DNA from: Hormiphora californensis
Taxonomy: Eukaryota; Animalia; Ctenophora
Direction of reading: 5' to 3'
Length of the DNA stretch: 64,000 nt
NCBI GenBank assembly: GCA_020137815.1
Contig: CM035359.1
Coordinates: 434,001 to 498,000 of the forward strand
Part shown: piece by piece, positions 1 through 17,269 of the stretch
Numbering within the stretch: the stretch's first letter is position 1
Layout of the letters: each line of letters begins with the position of its first letter
Translations under genes and position numbers: made by a program
The notes under the pieces: model-generated
What the model was told of the DNA's origin: nothing
Databases searched by the model: none
Seen by the model: the letters and a program-made list of their open reading frames with translations, nothing else

Positions 1-188
1 CCTTGCCAGCGCACGAAGATCGCGAAGAAAAGGGGTTATTTCGTCACCAAACTAACTATACAGGTAGTATACCTTGGATTTAAACGAACTCTTTTTAGTA
101 TTCACCTCTTAGAATAGGATTACGTAATTTGAAGGTGTTGAACCACCTGTTTTTACCCCACAATCTGAGTTATTCCCTCATTGTCAGG

Positions 189-4157
<3,969 letters not shown>

Positions 4158-4653
4158 TCAGCTGATGTCCTAGAATGAACCTCCCGGCTGGTATCCTGGA
4201 TTTCACTATTATAAAGACTTAGTGTCGATGGTGGATTGACGGATTATTATCTGCGAACTGAGTCAGAATGCAATGATGAGACTACAGAATTATGACTTGT
4301 GAAAATAAAGAAATATCGGGTACCTCACATGATAAAACTCGATACAAATGGTGATCAATGATTATCCCGATTTGAAGATGACAGAGTGAATTTTTGTAAC
4401 AATCATCACGAACTATTTATTGATTTGTTTTAATAATTTTATTACAAGACATCATTTGTACGTTTAGTTCTCTCTGGTAAGGGTATGTTGAATAACTTAT
4501 TCACTGAATTGTTCAGTACATAGGGCGTCAATAAAATGTCGTTTCGCCCTTAGACTACATACTACTACAGATATAAACCCCTTTTCTTCGTAAAATATCA
4601 TTGAGCCAAGGATTAACCTATCCCATTATAAGTATTATTCATCCAATATAGGT

Positions 4654-7600
4654 ATGTTGGTATCCAGGTCGGTCGGGAGATGTCTGGGTGCATGTGTTGG
4701 GTCGAGCTACCAAGATCACCTTTGCGCAGGGACACGGATACACAAGAAAGGAAGTGGAGCTGATGGATTTAGAGAGAAAACGACAAGTAGCACGGTAAGG
4801 GGAAACTCTAACTGAATGGCATCCCATTAATGGGATCCCATCAACAGTAAAACTCTAACTGATAATGGACCACAGTGATGGTTCTTTCTCTGTATTCTCT
4901 CTGTAGACAGTACATTGGGCATGCCCGGGCATTGATTGATTGGGCGCGCACACAGAGAGAATACAGAGAAAGAACAATCACTGTGTTCCATTATCAGTTA
5001 GAGTTTTACTGTTGATGGGATCCCATTAATTTCCCCTAAGTAATTGTTAGTTTTAATTAATTAATTGATTAGTTTTGAGCAGAACCATCTCTGTTCCCTA
5101 TTCAGCAATATCGAGTAATACTGTTCTGCTGTTATTATAGCAGTTCTTTGCGAATCGTTTTTTATATCAAACCCCGTCTTTCGATTGGGGGTACCCTAGA
5201 ATGTTGCGCACGACGTATCTCTAAATACGAGAGCCCTCGATAGACTCAAAGCTCCGCTAGATACATTTTGTTTCTGCAGATTACGTGACTTCATACTTGC
5301 ACTCCTCATTCCCAGATTACGTGACGTTAGGAAGGACGACTGGCACATCCCTGAGCACATCCTAAACAGCGAATCATTCTCCTACGAAACAGAGCTACAC
5401 TCTTTCACCCATCGCATTGGTTGTAACACCCCCTACACTCCAACCACCTCCTACCTCTCATTCGACTCTCTCAGCTGCCCTTCTTCACAGTATTCTCACA
5501 CCCCTCTACATGTCCCTAATATGGAAGTTGTTGGAGTTGAAGAGTGAGATGTGTGCAGCAGGAAGGGAACAACTCTCCAAGTATCTGCTGGGATACTTCT
5601 CCAGAGTGTTTCCCTAATATATCGGGGGATGTTCTTTACAAGCTTGTCGAACCCGGAGGGCTGTCTAAGCAGGGCCAAGTGCTACTCCCTCTATAAGACT
5701 CTTTGTTTTCACGAACTTATCAGGTAACTAAAAAACTAGTAACTAGTAACTAGTAACTATAAAATGAGAAGTTGTGAGAACTTATCAGGTAACTATAAAA
5801 CTAGTAACTAGTAGTTACTAACTAGTAACTATAAAATGAGAAGTTATGAGAACTTATCAGGTAACTAAAAAACTAGTAACTAGTAGTTACTAACTAGTAA
5901 CTACAAAATGAGAAGTTGTGAGAACTTATCAGGTAACTACAAAATGAAAAGTTATGAGAACTTATCAGGTAACTAAAATATGAGAAGTTGAATGACAAAT
6001 AATAAAAAGTATAAAGTATACTTTCCCTAGTTTTCTGCCAGTCTTACTACATCACTCCATCCAATCTTTGCATTGTTCATACGTACATAGTAGTATACAC
6101 GAGTAGTATGTATACACGCGTCCCTAATCTATCAGTTGGTCAATAATTGGGAGGGGGCGGGGCAGCCACGAGAATCATTTAACTACATATTTTGTGAATT
6201 TTAGGGTGGCTGAAATTTTGAATTATGATCCAAAATTTAGGATAGTTTCAAGTTTTACGAATTTTCTGATATACTATAGGGGATATACCACTGAGACCCC
6301 TACATTTATGGTGTGACACTGAAATAGCTTCCTTTTGTTAATAGCCCACTGAATTAACAGGTGATCAGATGGGGTGGTGGCACAGGTCAATTAGAGGTAA
6401 ATAGTTGTCTTGCTAGATGCGAGGAAAAAAGAGAGGGGAGAGAGAGAGAGATAGGGAAAGAGAGAGGGGAACAAGGAAAAAAGAGACAGAGAGGGAAAGA
6501 TAATGAGGAACACGCTGATATAAACATTTAAGCGATAGAGCACATGTTCCTTCATCGCTCAACCAATAGGAAAATTATATCTCAACCTTTCTATCTATGC
6601 TGTCCGTGGCGCAGTTAATAGTTCGCTCTCCCACCCTCTCGTTGCTTTAGAAATGATTCTGCTGCTTCTATTCCTTCTAAATCCACTGGACACAGCTTCT
6701 TCAACTCCGGACGGACAACTCCTGCCGATTTCCAGTGCAACAGCAAAAACAGTTCTCAGTACTTACCTGCCTAAGTTAGCGTTCGACGGTAACCCCAATA
6801 CGTTCTACCACACTAGTGGAGCAGCATCACCACAATGGTTGAACCTACAATTGGAAGAACCTGCTTTAGTGTCACGAGTTGTCATAGTTAATAGGTAGGA
6901 GTGCAGTGATAGTGCAGTGATACTGCTTCGGCAGTGCATATACTAAAATTGGAACGATACATAGAAGATACGTCTCTTTTTCAGGCTTTACAATTACGAT
7001 TATGTATCCCGACGGTTAATTGGTACCCATGTGTGTTTGTACGATGCTGATGGTACGACACAGATTGCTGACTGCGGCAAGATAACAGAGGTTAACACAG
7101 AGAATGGAGAGGACGTAACTTCTCAAACCTACACTCTGCCTTGCGACTCTTCGCAGTTAGCGTCTTATGTTAAGTTGGAAGATTCGGAAAAGGGAGATGA
7201 AGGGTCAATTGTCATGAATATTGCGGAGGTGAAGGTCTACGGAACAAATTGGACAACTGGTAGGGAGAGAAGAAGAATGACTACTTGACAAACAGAACTT
7301 CACAAATAGTCCTGACTTCTACAGACAAGAAACATTCATTTCATATTACACATGCATTAGCAGGCACTAACACTCCCCTTACCCTTCGTTTTTAATATCC
7401 TTACCTTAGAAATCCCACAGGTTTAAAAAAAGTTTTTAAGGTAGGCAAAAAAGAAAACAGTTTTTAAGGTTTACAAGATACCTAAAACTATTCGCACATC
7501 GCATTTATCTATTCCTCATGAGGGGGCCCAAAAATAGGGTGGAACCCCCGGGGGTTCCACCCTATTTTTGTACGGCCATATACAAAATAATACAAAAAAT

Positions 7601-10600
7601 ATGCTCATAATACAAAAAATATGCTCAAAAATAGGGTGGAACCCCCGGGGGTTCCACCCTATTTTTGTACGGCCATATACAAAATAATACAAAAAATATG
7701 CTCATATACCATCGTCCCTCATATCAGTTAGCCGTTGGGAGGGGGCGTATCAGTTAGCCTTTGGGAGGGGGCAGGGCGGGGCAGCCACAAGAATCATCTA
7801 ACCACATATTTTAAGGTGGCTAAGATTTTGAATTATGATCCAAAATTTAGGATAGTTACAAGTTTTACGAATTTTCTGATATATTATAGGGGATAACTAT
7901 TGACCACGTTAACCAAGACCCCTACATTTATGGTGTGGCACTGAAATAGCATCCTTTTTCTAATAGCCCACTGAATTAGCAACTGATCAGATGGGGTGGT
8001 GGCACAGGTCAATTAGAGGTAAATAGTTGCCTTGCTAGATACGAGGAAAAGAGAGGGGAGAAAGAGAGAGAGATAGGGGAAGAGAGAGGGGAACAAGGAA
8101 AAGAGAGACAGAGAGGGAAAGAGACGGAAGGAGACAAAGATAATAAGGAACACACAGATATATAAGCGATAGAGCACATGTTCCTTCATCGCTCAACCAA
8201 TAGGAAAACTCTATCTCAACATCTCTATCTACATAGACTGTCCAAGACGTCAAGCACTTAATAGTTCGCTTTCCCACCCTCTTGTTGGTTTAGAAATGAT
8301 TCTGCAGCTGCTGCTTCTATTCCTTCTAAATCCACTGGACACTGCTTCTTCAACTGCTGGTGATCAACCCCTTCCGATTTCCAGTGCAACAGCAAAGACT
8401 GTGCACGGTGCTTACCCGCCTAATTCAGCGTTCGACGGTGACCCCAATACGTTCTACCACACTAATGGAGCAGAACCACCACAATGGTTGAAACTACAAT
8501 TGGAAGAACCTGCTTTGGTGTCACGAGTTGTCATAGTTAATAGGTAGGAGGGATAGTGCAGTCATACTGCTTCGGCAGTGCTTATAATAAAATTATAACG
8601 ATACAGAGAAGATGATCCATCAAACAAAGTTGCTGAGAATTTCCTATCATTTTCAGGCATACTAGTTCTGGTTCTGTTTCTGTTCAAATAATCGGACGGT
8701 TACTTGGTACCCATGTGTATTTGTATGATGCTAATGGTACGACACAGATTGCTGACTGCGGCAAGATAACAGAGGTTAACACAGAGAATGGAGAGGACCT
8801 CACCTCTCAAACCTACACTCTGCCTTGTGACTCTTCGCAGTTAGCATCTTATGTTAAGTTGGAAGATTCAGAAAGCTCATTGGGTGACGGGTCAATTGTT
8901 ATGAATATTGCGGAAGTGAAGGTCTACGGAACAAATTGGACAACTGGTAGGCAGAGAAAAAGAATGACTACTTGACAAACAAACAGAACTTCACAAATAG
9001 TCCTGACTTCTACAGACAAGAAACATTCATTTCATATTACACATGCATTAGCAGGCACTCACACTCACCTTACCCTCCGTTTTTAATATCTTACCTTAGA
9101 AATCCCACAGGTTAAAAAAATTTTAAGGTAGGCAGAAAAAACAGTTTTTAAGGTTGACAAGATACCTAAAACTATTCTCACATCGTATTTTTTCCGATTT
9201 TTCATGAGTGGGGGCCGGGGGAGGGGGTTTTAAGTTCCAATCTATTTTTTTTGTACGGTCATATTCAAAACAATACAACAAAAAACATGCTCATGTATCA
9301 TCTAGGAACGTTTTTGGTTCCATTATCACGCTTCATATTTCCAAAAAGTATGATACAAACAGAGAAAGCTCACGAATTGGAAGTTCGGTATGTTTGATAA
9401 TGAAAAATTAAAACATGTTTTTATGTTACAACTAGAATAATAAGTTAATTTTTATACTTTTTAAAGGATATATTATGTACTTTTTTCTGAACAATCCCAT
9501 CCTTAGATCAAACGAAAAGATAACGTTAGAGGAGTACAGTGACACACTCGGCGGAGTATTTTTAACCCTCCTCCTATTTGATTCCCAGCCCCACATTTCC
9601 TCACCCCGGTTCCTGGAGAACTTTGTACTCAACTATTACTCCCAGGTATGTGTGTCATTGAACATTTAACACGTGGAACACGTGGATATTTATATGGACA
9701 ACATGTTTGCTAAAGTTATCAGTGTTGTTAGAAATATATTTGTATTGGGCAGACTATCTCCCCGCTATGCAATGTCCTGCAGAATCCTGGTGAACGGTAA
9801 AACTAATTTAGTCCGCTAACCATATGATATATTTGGGTAGACTATATCCTGGTCAGGATCGTTAAAATAAAACCTCGTTTACAACTAATAAAACCCCGTG
9901 TTTCAGATAGATTACAGGGATCTAGGTAATCTGGAAGACCTTACAAAGGCAGATGAGAAGATGAGGGATATGTTTACTGGCAATGGGATGGACTCTCCAC
10001 CTGAGGTTAGATAGTTGTGATATATGTGTGAAGTGTGAAGTGTGAAGTACACCTGAGGTTAGATAGTTGTGATATGTGTTTGTGAAGTGTGAAGTACACC
10101 TGAGGTTAGATAGTTGTGATATGTGGGGGGGGGGGCCAACGAATTTTTTATATATTTCCTTAATTTTGGAATTTTTTATTCGGGGCCTGGCAAGGCCCCC
10201 CGACCCGAATATAACCCAAACTCAACCCATCCCCCCTAAAACATCCCCCCTAAAACTAAAACAACGGGGCCGAGCCGACAGGCCCTTAATACCAGATGAA
10301 AAAAAAACCATAAACCATAAAACCATAAAACCATAAAACCATAACCATAGATATTTTTAGAGTGAAAGTTTTGAAGCCCCCTGAAGTAGTAGAGAGGTGT
10401 TCTATGGCTCGTTGGAAAGGTCTCGAGGTCCCGCGACGTATAGGGGGTGTGGCGATGGCCATACCCAAACCTATAAGGGGTAGGACGCGAAAAACAGTCA
10501 AAATAAGGGGTATACAGAACTCGGCAATTAGAAGGAGTAGAAAGGTGTTCTAGGGTGCGTTCGAAAGCTCTCGAGGTGCTGAAGTAATTGGAATGTAATT

Positions 10601-13600
10601 GGAAGTAATTACATGAAATTAAAATGTAATTACATGTAATTAAAGGGTAATTACATGTAATTAAAAGGTCTAAATGACCCCAAATGACAATTCAGACATA
10701 TTTTGACATATTTTGAGGCCCTGAGACCAGCGGGTGGCCAAATTTAATCCGGTTTCGGGTCGGCTGACGTAAAAACTCCGCGTTTTGGTCGATAACCATA
10801 AAACCATTCGGGGCCTGGTAAGGCCCCCCGACCCGAATATAACCCAAACTCAACCCATCCCCCCTAAAACATCCCCCCTAAAACTAAAACAACGGGGCCG
10901 AGCCGACAGGCCCTTAATACCAGATGAAAAAAAACCATAAAACCATAAAACCATAACCATAAAACCATAACCATAGATATTTTTAGAGTGAAAGTTTTGA
11001 AGCCCCCTGAAGTAGTAGAGAGGTGTTCTATGGCTCGTTGGAAAGGTCTCGAGGTCCCGCGACGTATAGGGGGTGTGGTGATGGCCATACCTAAACCTAT
11101 AAGGGGTAGGACGCGAAAAACAGTCAAAATAAGGGGTATACAGAACTCGGCAATTAGAAGGAGTAGAAAGGTGTTCTAGGGTGCGTTCGAAAGCTCTCGA
11201 GGTGCTGAAGTAATTGGAATGTAATTGGAAGTAATTACATGTAATTAAAGTGTAATTACATGTAATTAAAGGGTAATTACATGTAATTAAAAGGTCTGCA
11301 TGATCCCAAATGATAATTTAAACATATTTTGACGTATTTGGAGCAATTGGAAGGAGTAGAAAGGCGTTCTAGGGTGCGTTCGAAAGCTCTCGAGGTGCTG
11401 AAGTAATTGGAATGTAATTGGAAGTAATTACATGTAATTAAAATGTAATTACATGTAATTAAAGGGTAATTACATGTAATTAAAAGGTCTAAATGACCCC
11501 AAATGACAATTCAGACATATTTTGACATATTTGGAGGCCCTGAGACCAGCGGGTGGCAAAATTTAATCCGGTTTCGGGTCGGCTGACGTAAAAACTCCGC
11601 GTTTTGGTCGAGGTAAAACCATAACCATAAAACCATAAAACCATAGATATTTTTAGAGTGAAAGTTTTGAAGCCCCCTGAAGTAGTAGAGAGGTGTTCTA
11701 TGGCTCGTTGGAAAGGTCTCGAGGTCCCGCGACGTATAGGGGGTGTGGCGATGGCCATACCCAAACCTATAAGGGGTAGGACGCGAAAAACAGTCAAAAT
11801 AAGGGGTATACAGAACTCGGCAATTAGAAGGAGTAGAAAGGTGTTCTAGGGTGCGTTCGAAAGCTCTCGAGGTGCTGAAGTAATTGGAATGTAATTGGAA
11901 GTAATTACATGAAATTAAAATGTAATTACATGTAATTAAAGGGTAATTACATGTAATTAAAAGGTCTAAATGACCCCAAATGACAATTCAGACATATTTT
12001 GACATATTTTGAGGCCCTGAGACCAGCGGGTGGCCAAATTTAATCCGGTTTCGGGTCGGCTGACGTAAAAACTCCGCGTTTTGGTCGATAACCATAAAAC
12101 CATTCGGGGCCTGGTAAGGCCCCCCGACCCGAATATAACCCAAACTCAACCCATCCCCCCTAAAACATCCCCCCTAAAACTAAAACAACGGGGCCGAGCC
12201 GACAGGCCCTTAATACCAGATGAAAAAAAACCATAAAACCATAAAACCATAACCATAAAACCATAACCATAGATATTTTTAGAGTGAAAGTTTTGAAGCC
12301 CCCTGAAGTAGTAGAGAGGTGTTCTATGGCTCGTTGGAAAGGTCTCGAGGTCCCGCGACGTATAGGGGGTGTGGTGATGGCCATACCTAAACCTATAAGG
12401 GGTAGGACGCGAAAAACAGTCAAAATAAGGGGTATACAGAACTCGGCAATTAGAAGGAGTAGAAAGGTGTTCTAGGGTGCGTTCGAAAGCTCTCGAGGTG
12501 CTGAAGTAATTGGAATGTAATTGGAAGTAATTACATGTAATTAAAGTGTAATTACATGTAATTAAAGGGTAATTACATGTAATTAAAAGGTCTGCATGAT
12601 CCCAAATGATAATTTAAACATATTTTGACGTATTTGGAGCAATTGGAAGGAGTAGAAAGGCGTTCTAGGGTGCGTTCGAAAGCTCTCGAGGTGCTGAAGT
12701 AATTGGAATGTAATTGGAAGTAATTACATGTAATTAAAATGTAATTACATGTAATTAAAGGGTAATTACATGTAATTAAAAGGTCTAAATGACCCCAAAT
12801 GACAATTCAGACATATTTTGACATATTTGGAGGCCCTGAGACCAGCGGGTGGCAAAATTTAATCCGGTTTCGGGTCGGCTGACGTAAAAACTCCGCGTTT
12901 TGGTCGAGGTAAAACCATAACCATAAAACCATAAAACCATAGATATTTTTAGAGTGAAAGTTTTGAAGCCCCCTGAAGTAGTAGAGAGGTGTTCTATGGC
13001 TCGTTGGAAAGGTCTCGAGGTCCCGCGACGTATAGGGGGTATGGCGATGGCCATACCCAAACCTATAAGGGGTAGGACGCGAAAAACAGTCAAAATAAGG
13101 GGTATACAGAACTCGGCAATTGGAAGGAGTAGAAAGGTGTTCTAGGGTGCGTTCGAAAGCTCTCGAGGTGCTGAAGTAATTGGAATGTAATTGGAAGTAA
13201 TTACATGTAATTAAAGGGTAATTACATGTAATTAAAGGGTAATTACATGTAATTAAAAGGTCTAAATGACCCCAAATGACAATTCAGACATATTTTGACA
13301 TATTTTGAGGCCCTGAGACCAGCGGGTGGCCAAATTTAATCCGGTTTCGGGTCGGCTGACGTAAAAACTCCGCGTTTTGGTCGAGGTAAAACCATAAAAC
13401 CATAAAACCATAAAACCATAGATATTTTTAGAGTGAAAGTTTTGAAGCCCCCTGAAGTAGTAGAGAGGTGTTCTATGGCTCGTTGGAAAGGTCTCGAGGT
13501 CCCGCGACGTATAGGGGGTGTGGCGATGGCCATACCCAAACCTATAAGGGGTAGGACGCGAAAAACAGTGAAAATAAGGGGTATACAGAACTCGGCAATT

Positions 13601-16600
13601 GGAAGGAGTAGAAAGGTGTTCTAGGTTGCGTTCGAAAGCTCTCGAGGTGCTGAAGTAATTGGAATGTAATTGGAAGTAATTACATGTAATTAAAATGTAA
13701 TTACATGTAATTAAAGGGTAATTACATGTAATTAAAAGGTCTAAATGACCCCAAATGACAATTTAGACATATTTTGACATATTTGGAGCAATTGGAAGGA
13801 GTAGAAAGGTGTTCTAGGGTGCGTTCGAAAGCTCTCGAGGTGCTGAAGTAATTGGAATGTAATTGGAAGTAATTATACATGTAATTAAAGGGTAATTACA
13901 TGTAATTAAAGGGTAATTACATGTAATTAAAGGGTAATTACATGTAATTAAAAGGTCTAAATGACCCCAAATGATAATTTAAACATATTTGGACATATTA
14001 GTAGGCCCTGAGACCAGCGGGTGGCAAAATTTAATCCGGTTTCGGGTCGGCTGACGTAAAAACTCCGCGTTTTGGTCGAGTATATATATAAAAATATATA
14101 AAAATATATAAAAATATATAAAAATATATTCGGGGCCTGGCAAGGCCCCCCGACCCGAATATAACCCAAACTCAATCCATCCCCCCTAAAACATCCCCCC
14201 TAAAACTAAAACAACGGGGCCGAGCCGACAGGCCCTTAATACCAGATGAAAAAAAAACCATAAACCATAAAACCATAACCATAGATATTTTTAGAGTGAA
14301 AGTTTTGAAGCCCCCTGAAGTAGTAGAGAGGTGTTCTATGGCTCGTTGGAAAGGTCTCGAGGTCCCGCGACGTATAGGGGGTGTGGCGATGGCCATACCC
14401 AAACCTATAAGGGGTAGGACGCGAAAAACAGTCAAAATAAGGGGTATACAGAACTCGGCAATTAGAAGGAGTAGAAAGGTGTTCTAGGGTGCGTTCGAAA
14501 GCTCTCGAGGTGCTGAAGGTATTGGAATGTAATTGGAAGTAATTGGAATGTAATTAAAATGTAATTACATGTAATTAAAGGGTAATTACATGTAATTAAA
14601 AGGTCTGCATGATCCCAAATGATAATTTAAACATATTTTGACGTATTTGGAGACCCTTAGACCAGCGGGTGCCCAAATTTAATCCGGTTTCGGGTCGGCT
14701 GACGTAAAAACTCCGCGTTTTGGTCGAGGTAAAGTTATATAAATAATATATAAAAATATATAAAAATATATAAAAATATATAAAAATATTCGGGGCCTGG
14801 CAAGGCCCCCCGACCCGAATATAACCCAAACTCAACCCATCCCCCCTAAAACTAAAACAACGGGGCCGAGCCGACAGGCCCTTAATACCAGATGAAAAAA
14901 AACCATAAAACCATAAACCATAGATATTTTTAGAGTGAAAGTTTTGAAGCCCCCTGAAGTAGTAGAGAGGTGTTCTATGGCTCGTTGGAAAGGTCTCGAG
15001 GTCCCGCGACGTATAGGGGGTGTGGCGATGGCCATACCCAAACCTATAAGGGGTAGGACGCGAAAAACAGTCAAAATAAGGGGTATACAGAACTCGGCAA
15101 TTAGAAGGAGTAGAAAGGTGTTCTAGGGTGCGTTTGAAAGCTCTCGAGGTGTTGAAGTAATTGGAATGTAATTGGAAGTAATTACATGTAATTAAAATGT
15201 AATTACATGTAATTAAAGGGTAATTACATGTAATTAAAAGGTCTAAATGACCCCAAATGACAATTCAGACATATTTTGACATATTTGGAGGCCCTGAGAC
15301 CAGCGGGTGGCAAAATTTAATCCGGTTTCGGGTCGGATGACGTAAAAACTCCGCGTTTTGGTCGAGGTATATAATAAACCCTTTTTTCACCCCTTTTACT
15401 TTCAAAAAAGGGGATTATTTCCATCTATTGTTCACTTGAATATGTTTCATAGAGTTAATTTAAGTGTTTGAGAGGGTGATAGCTGTTTTACATAATTGAG
15501 AATGTGTTCAAAAGTGAATTATGCACTGTCAAAAGTAGAACTGGTGAAGAGAGGTTCCGGCCTAATAATATCTACCAGTTTTGGTGTGATTTCAATCATT
15601 TTTTGTATGTTGATCCGTGCAGATGTACTAGAACTGGTGAAGAGAGGTTGGGATCGCGAAACTAAAAAAAACAATCATTTTTGACGTCATTTTGACGTCA
15701 TGACGTTATTGACGCGACGTCACGATGTTACAAACGTCACATTGATGACGGAAAATCATCAGGATTATCTAGATGAAGATGCTGACCAAGTTTGAGATCA
15801 ATTGAATGATATTTGATCCCGCTATGGCGAAAAACAGCTTTCTGTTTTCACACTTTCGGCACAATTTTTTATATATTTTTATATATTTTTTATATATTTT
15901 TATATATTTTTATATATTCAAATGTATTTTTATATATTTTTATATATTTTATATATATATAAAAAATTATGTTTTTTTTTTCCAAAAAAAAGGTATATAA
16001 AATATATAAAAATATATAAAAAATGAGCGTTGGCCCCCCCCCCGATATGTGTGAAGTGTGAAGTACACCTGAGGTTAGATAATAGATAGTTGTAATATGT
16101 GTGAAGTGTGAAGTACACCTGAGGTTAGATAGTTGTGATATGTGTGTGAAGTGTGTGGTATACCTGAGGTTAGATAGTTGTGATATGTGTTTGTGAAGTG
16201 TGAAGTACACCTGAGGTTAGATAGTTGTGATATGTGTGTGTGTGTGAAGTACACCTGAGGTTAGATAGTTGTGATATGTGTTTGTGAAGTGTGAAGTACA
16301 CCTGAGGTTAGATAGTTGTGATATGTGTGTGTGTGTGTGGTATACAGTGAGGTTAGATAGTTGTGATATATGTGAAGTGTGAAGTACAACTACACCTGAG
16401 GTTAGATAGTTGTGATATATATGTGTGTGGTTTACAGTGAGGTTAGATAGTTGTGATATATGTGTGTGTGGTATACAGTGAGGTTAGATAGTTGTGATAT
16501 GTGTTTGTGTGTGTGGTATACAGTGAGGTTAGATAGTTGTGATATGTGTTTGTGTGTGTGAAGTACAACTGAGGTTAGATAGTTGTGATATGTGTTTGTG

Positions 16601-17269
16601 TGTGTGGTATACAGTCGGACCCTGATTTATGGTCGGGACCCTGATTTATGGTCGGGTTTACCGGCTAAGATCGTTTCCCCGACCGTCGGGGAAACGATCT
16701 TAGCCGGTAAACCGGTATTGATATTCAGCTCAACTTTCCTAGGGTAACGCCAGGTGAACACCCCCCGTGGGAACTAACCCAACATTTGGTTATGAAATTA
16801 CCCCTCAACGTTAGCTCACGTAACTCAACATTACCTTTTACACTGACATCCCCCCTCTTTACAGGTCCGGATAATAACAATAGATGGAGAGGATAGTGAC
16901 GCCCCACTATACACTGTTGGCATCTTCCACGAAGAGGAATGTGTTGCTATGGCAGCGGAACACTCCATTGACACAGCAACCCTGGCCGCCAGTAACGCGG
17001 TTATAACCCGGCTGAACTTCGAGCACAGAGACAGGAGTGTCAGTATTAGGGATATGAACTTTAGTGATGTGGGTGAGGGTGTTCTGGAGAAGGGGAAGGA
17101 GTGGGAGGGGAGATTGGGGGAGGTGAGAGGGATGAAGGATGTGGAGATAGGGAGCAGTGAGAGGAGGGAGACGGTGGTGGTTACCAAGAGTATGGTGCGG
17201 GATGTTGAGAAGTTTAGGAGGTTGAGAATCGTGAAAAAGGAGGAGAAGAAAAAGAAGAAGAAGAAGTAG
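4654..17269 (+). CDS. MRPL44: Mitochondrial ribosomal protein L44-like (RNase III-like + dsRBD); frame breaks in 5' exons
   Basis: Exons at about 4654-4794, 5316-5722, 9506-9646, 9907-10005 and 16866-17269. FSYETELHSFTHRIG resembles WDYHAEIQAFGHRL, and APLYTVGIFHEEECVAMAAEHSIDTATLAASNAVI resembles the mL44 dsRBD. The model needs 2-3 single-base frame changes (error or decay); an alternative ATG lies near 5201. Confidence 0.65.
4825..5030. mobile_element. Palindromic MITE with ~80-bp arms
   Basis: attaatgggatcccatcaacagtaaaactctaactgataatgg... mirrors ...ccattatcagttagagttttactgttgatgggatcccattaat. Confidence 0.8.
5712..5990 (+). repeat. Tandem array of a splice donor (gaacttatcag|gtaacta x5)
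   Basis: The first copy is the MRPL44 exon end; four further copies lie in the intron. Confidence 0.85.
6653..7288 (+). CDS. Secreted F-type lectin / F5/8 type C domain protein, copy 1 (2 exons, nested in MRPL44 intron)
   Basis: Signal peptide MILLLLFLLNPLDTASS; motifs AFDGNPNTFYHT, QWLNLQL, VSRVVIVNR, MNIAEVKVYG. Exons 6653-6894 and 6985-7288 join in frame. Confidence 0.8.
6919..6969 (+). pseudogene. U6 snRNA 5'-half fragment inside intron
   Basis: tactgcttcggcagtgcatatactaaaattggaacgatacatagaagat matches the U6 5' stem-loop through ACAGAGAAGAU, with one change in the box; the 3' half is absent. Confidence 0.85.
7529..7705. repeat. Two tandem copies of a perfect ~40-bp palindrome
   Basis: caaaaatagggtggaacccccgggggttccaccctatttttg occurs twice. 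Confidence 0.85.
8296..8975 (+). CDS. Secreted F-type lectin / F5/8 type C domain protein, copy 2
   Basis: Paralogue of 6653-7288 within a ~1.6-kb tandem duplication; exons 8296-8543 and 8657-8975 join in frame. Confidence 0.8.
8565..8613 (+). pseudogene. U6 snRNA 5'-half fragment inside intron (copy 2)
   Basis: tactgcttcggcagtgcttataataaaattataacgatacagagaagat, with an intact ACAGAGA box. Confidence 0.8.
10126..16043. mobile_element. Non-autonomous TIR element (G-run TIRs, 8-bp TSD) carrying an internal satellite
   Basis: Left end Gn-ccaacg, right end cgttgg-Cn; flanked by gatatgtg at 10118-10125 and 16044-16051. Confidence 0.7.
10178..15372 (-). repeat. Tandem array of 8 Helentron/HINE-like units (~480-860 bp) with a 1296-bp higher-order period
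   Basis: The core repeats at 10362, 10988, 11658, 12284, 12954, 13433, 14296 and 14935. Subterminal inverted repeat ccgacccgaa/ttcgggtcgg and terminal hairpin ttcggggcc..ggcccccc. Confidence 0.7.
16613..16715. mobile_element. Truncated Tc1/mariner-type MITE with perfect internal palindrome
   Basis: Starts ta|cagtcggaccc; contains palindrome tttaccggctaagatcgtttccccgac-c-gtcggggaaacgatcttagccggtaaa. Confidence 0.6.

Larger units (their letters stand above)
9998..16610 (+). repeat. ~40-bp donor-spanning tandem array (cacctgag|gttagatagttgtgatat...) split by an inserted element
   Basis: Copies at 9998-10125 and 16044-16610; the first copy is the MRPL44 exon end at 10005. Confidence 0.85.

Noticed and set aside
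6919-6969. Functional U6 snRNA gene
   Set aside because: It lacks the 3' half (AGC triad, ISL, U2 helix II, poly-T), so it is only a fragment.
10286-15126. Repeated 63-102 aa ORFs (MKVLKPPEVV..., MTVFRVLPL...)
   Set aside because: By-products of the tandem repeat with non-ATG starts and no recognisable domain.
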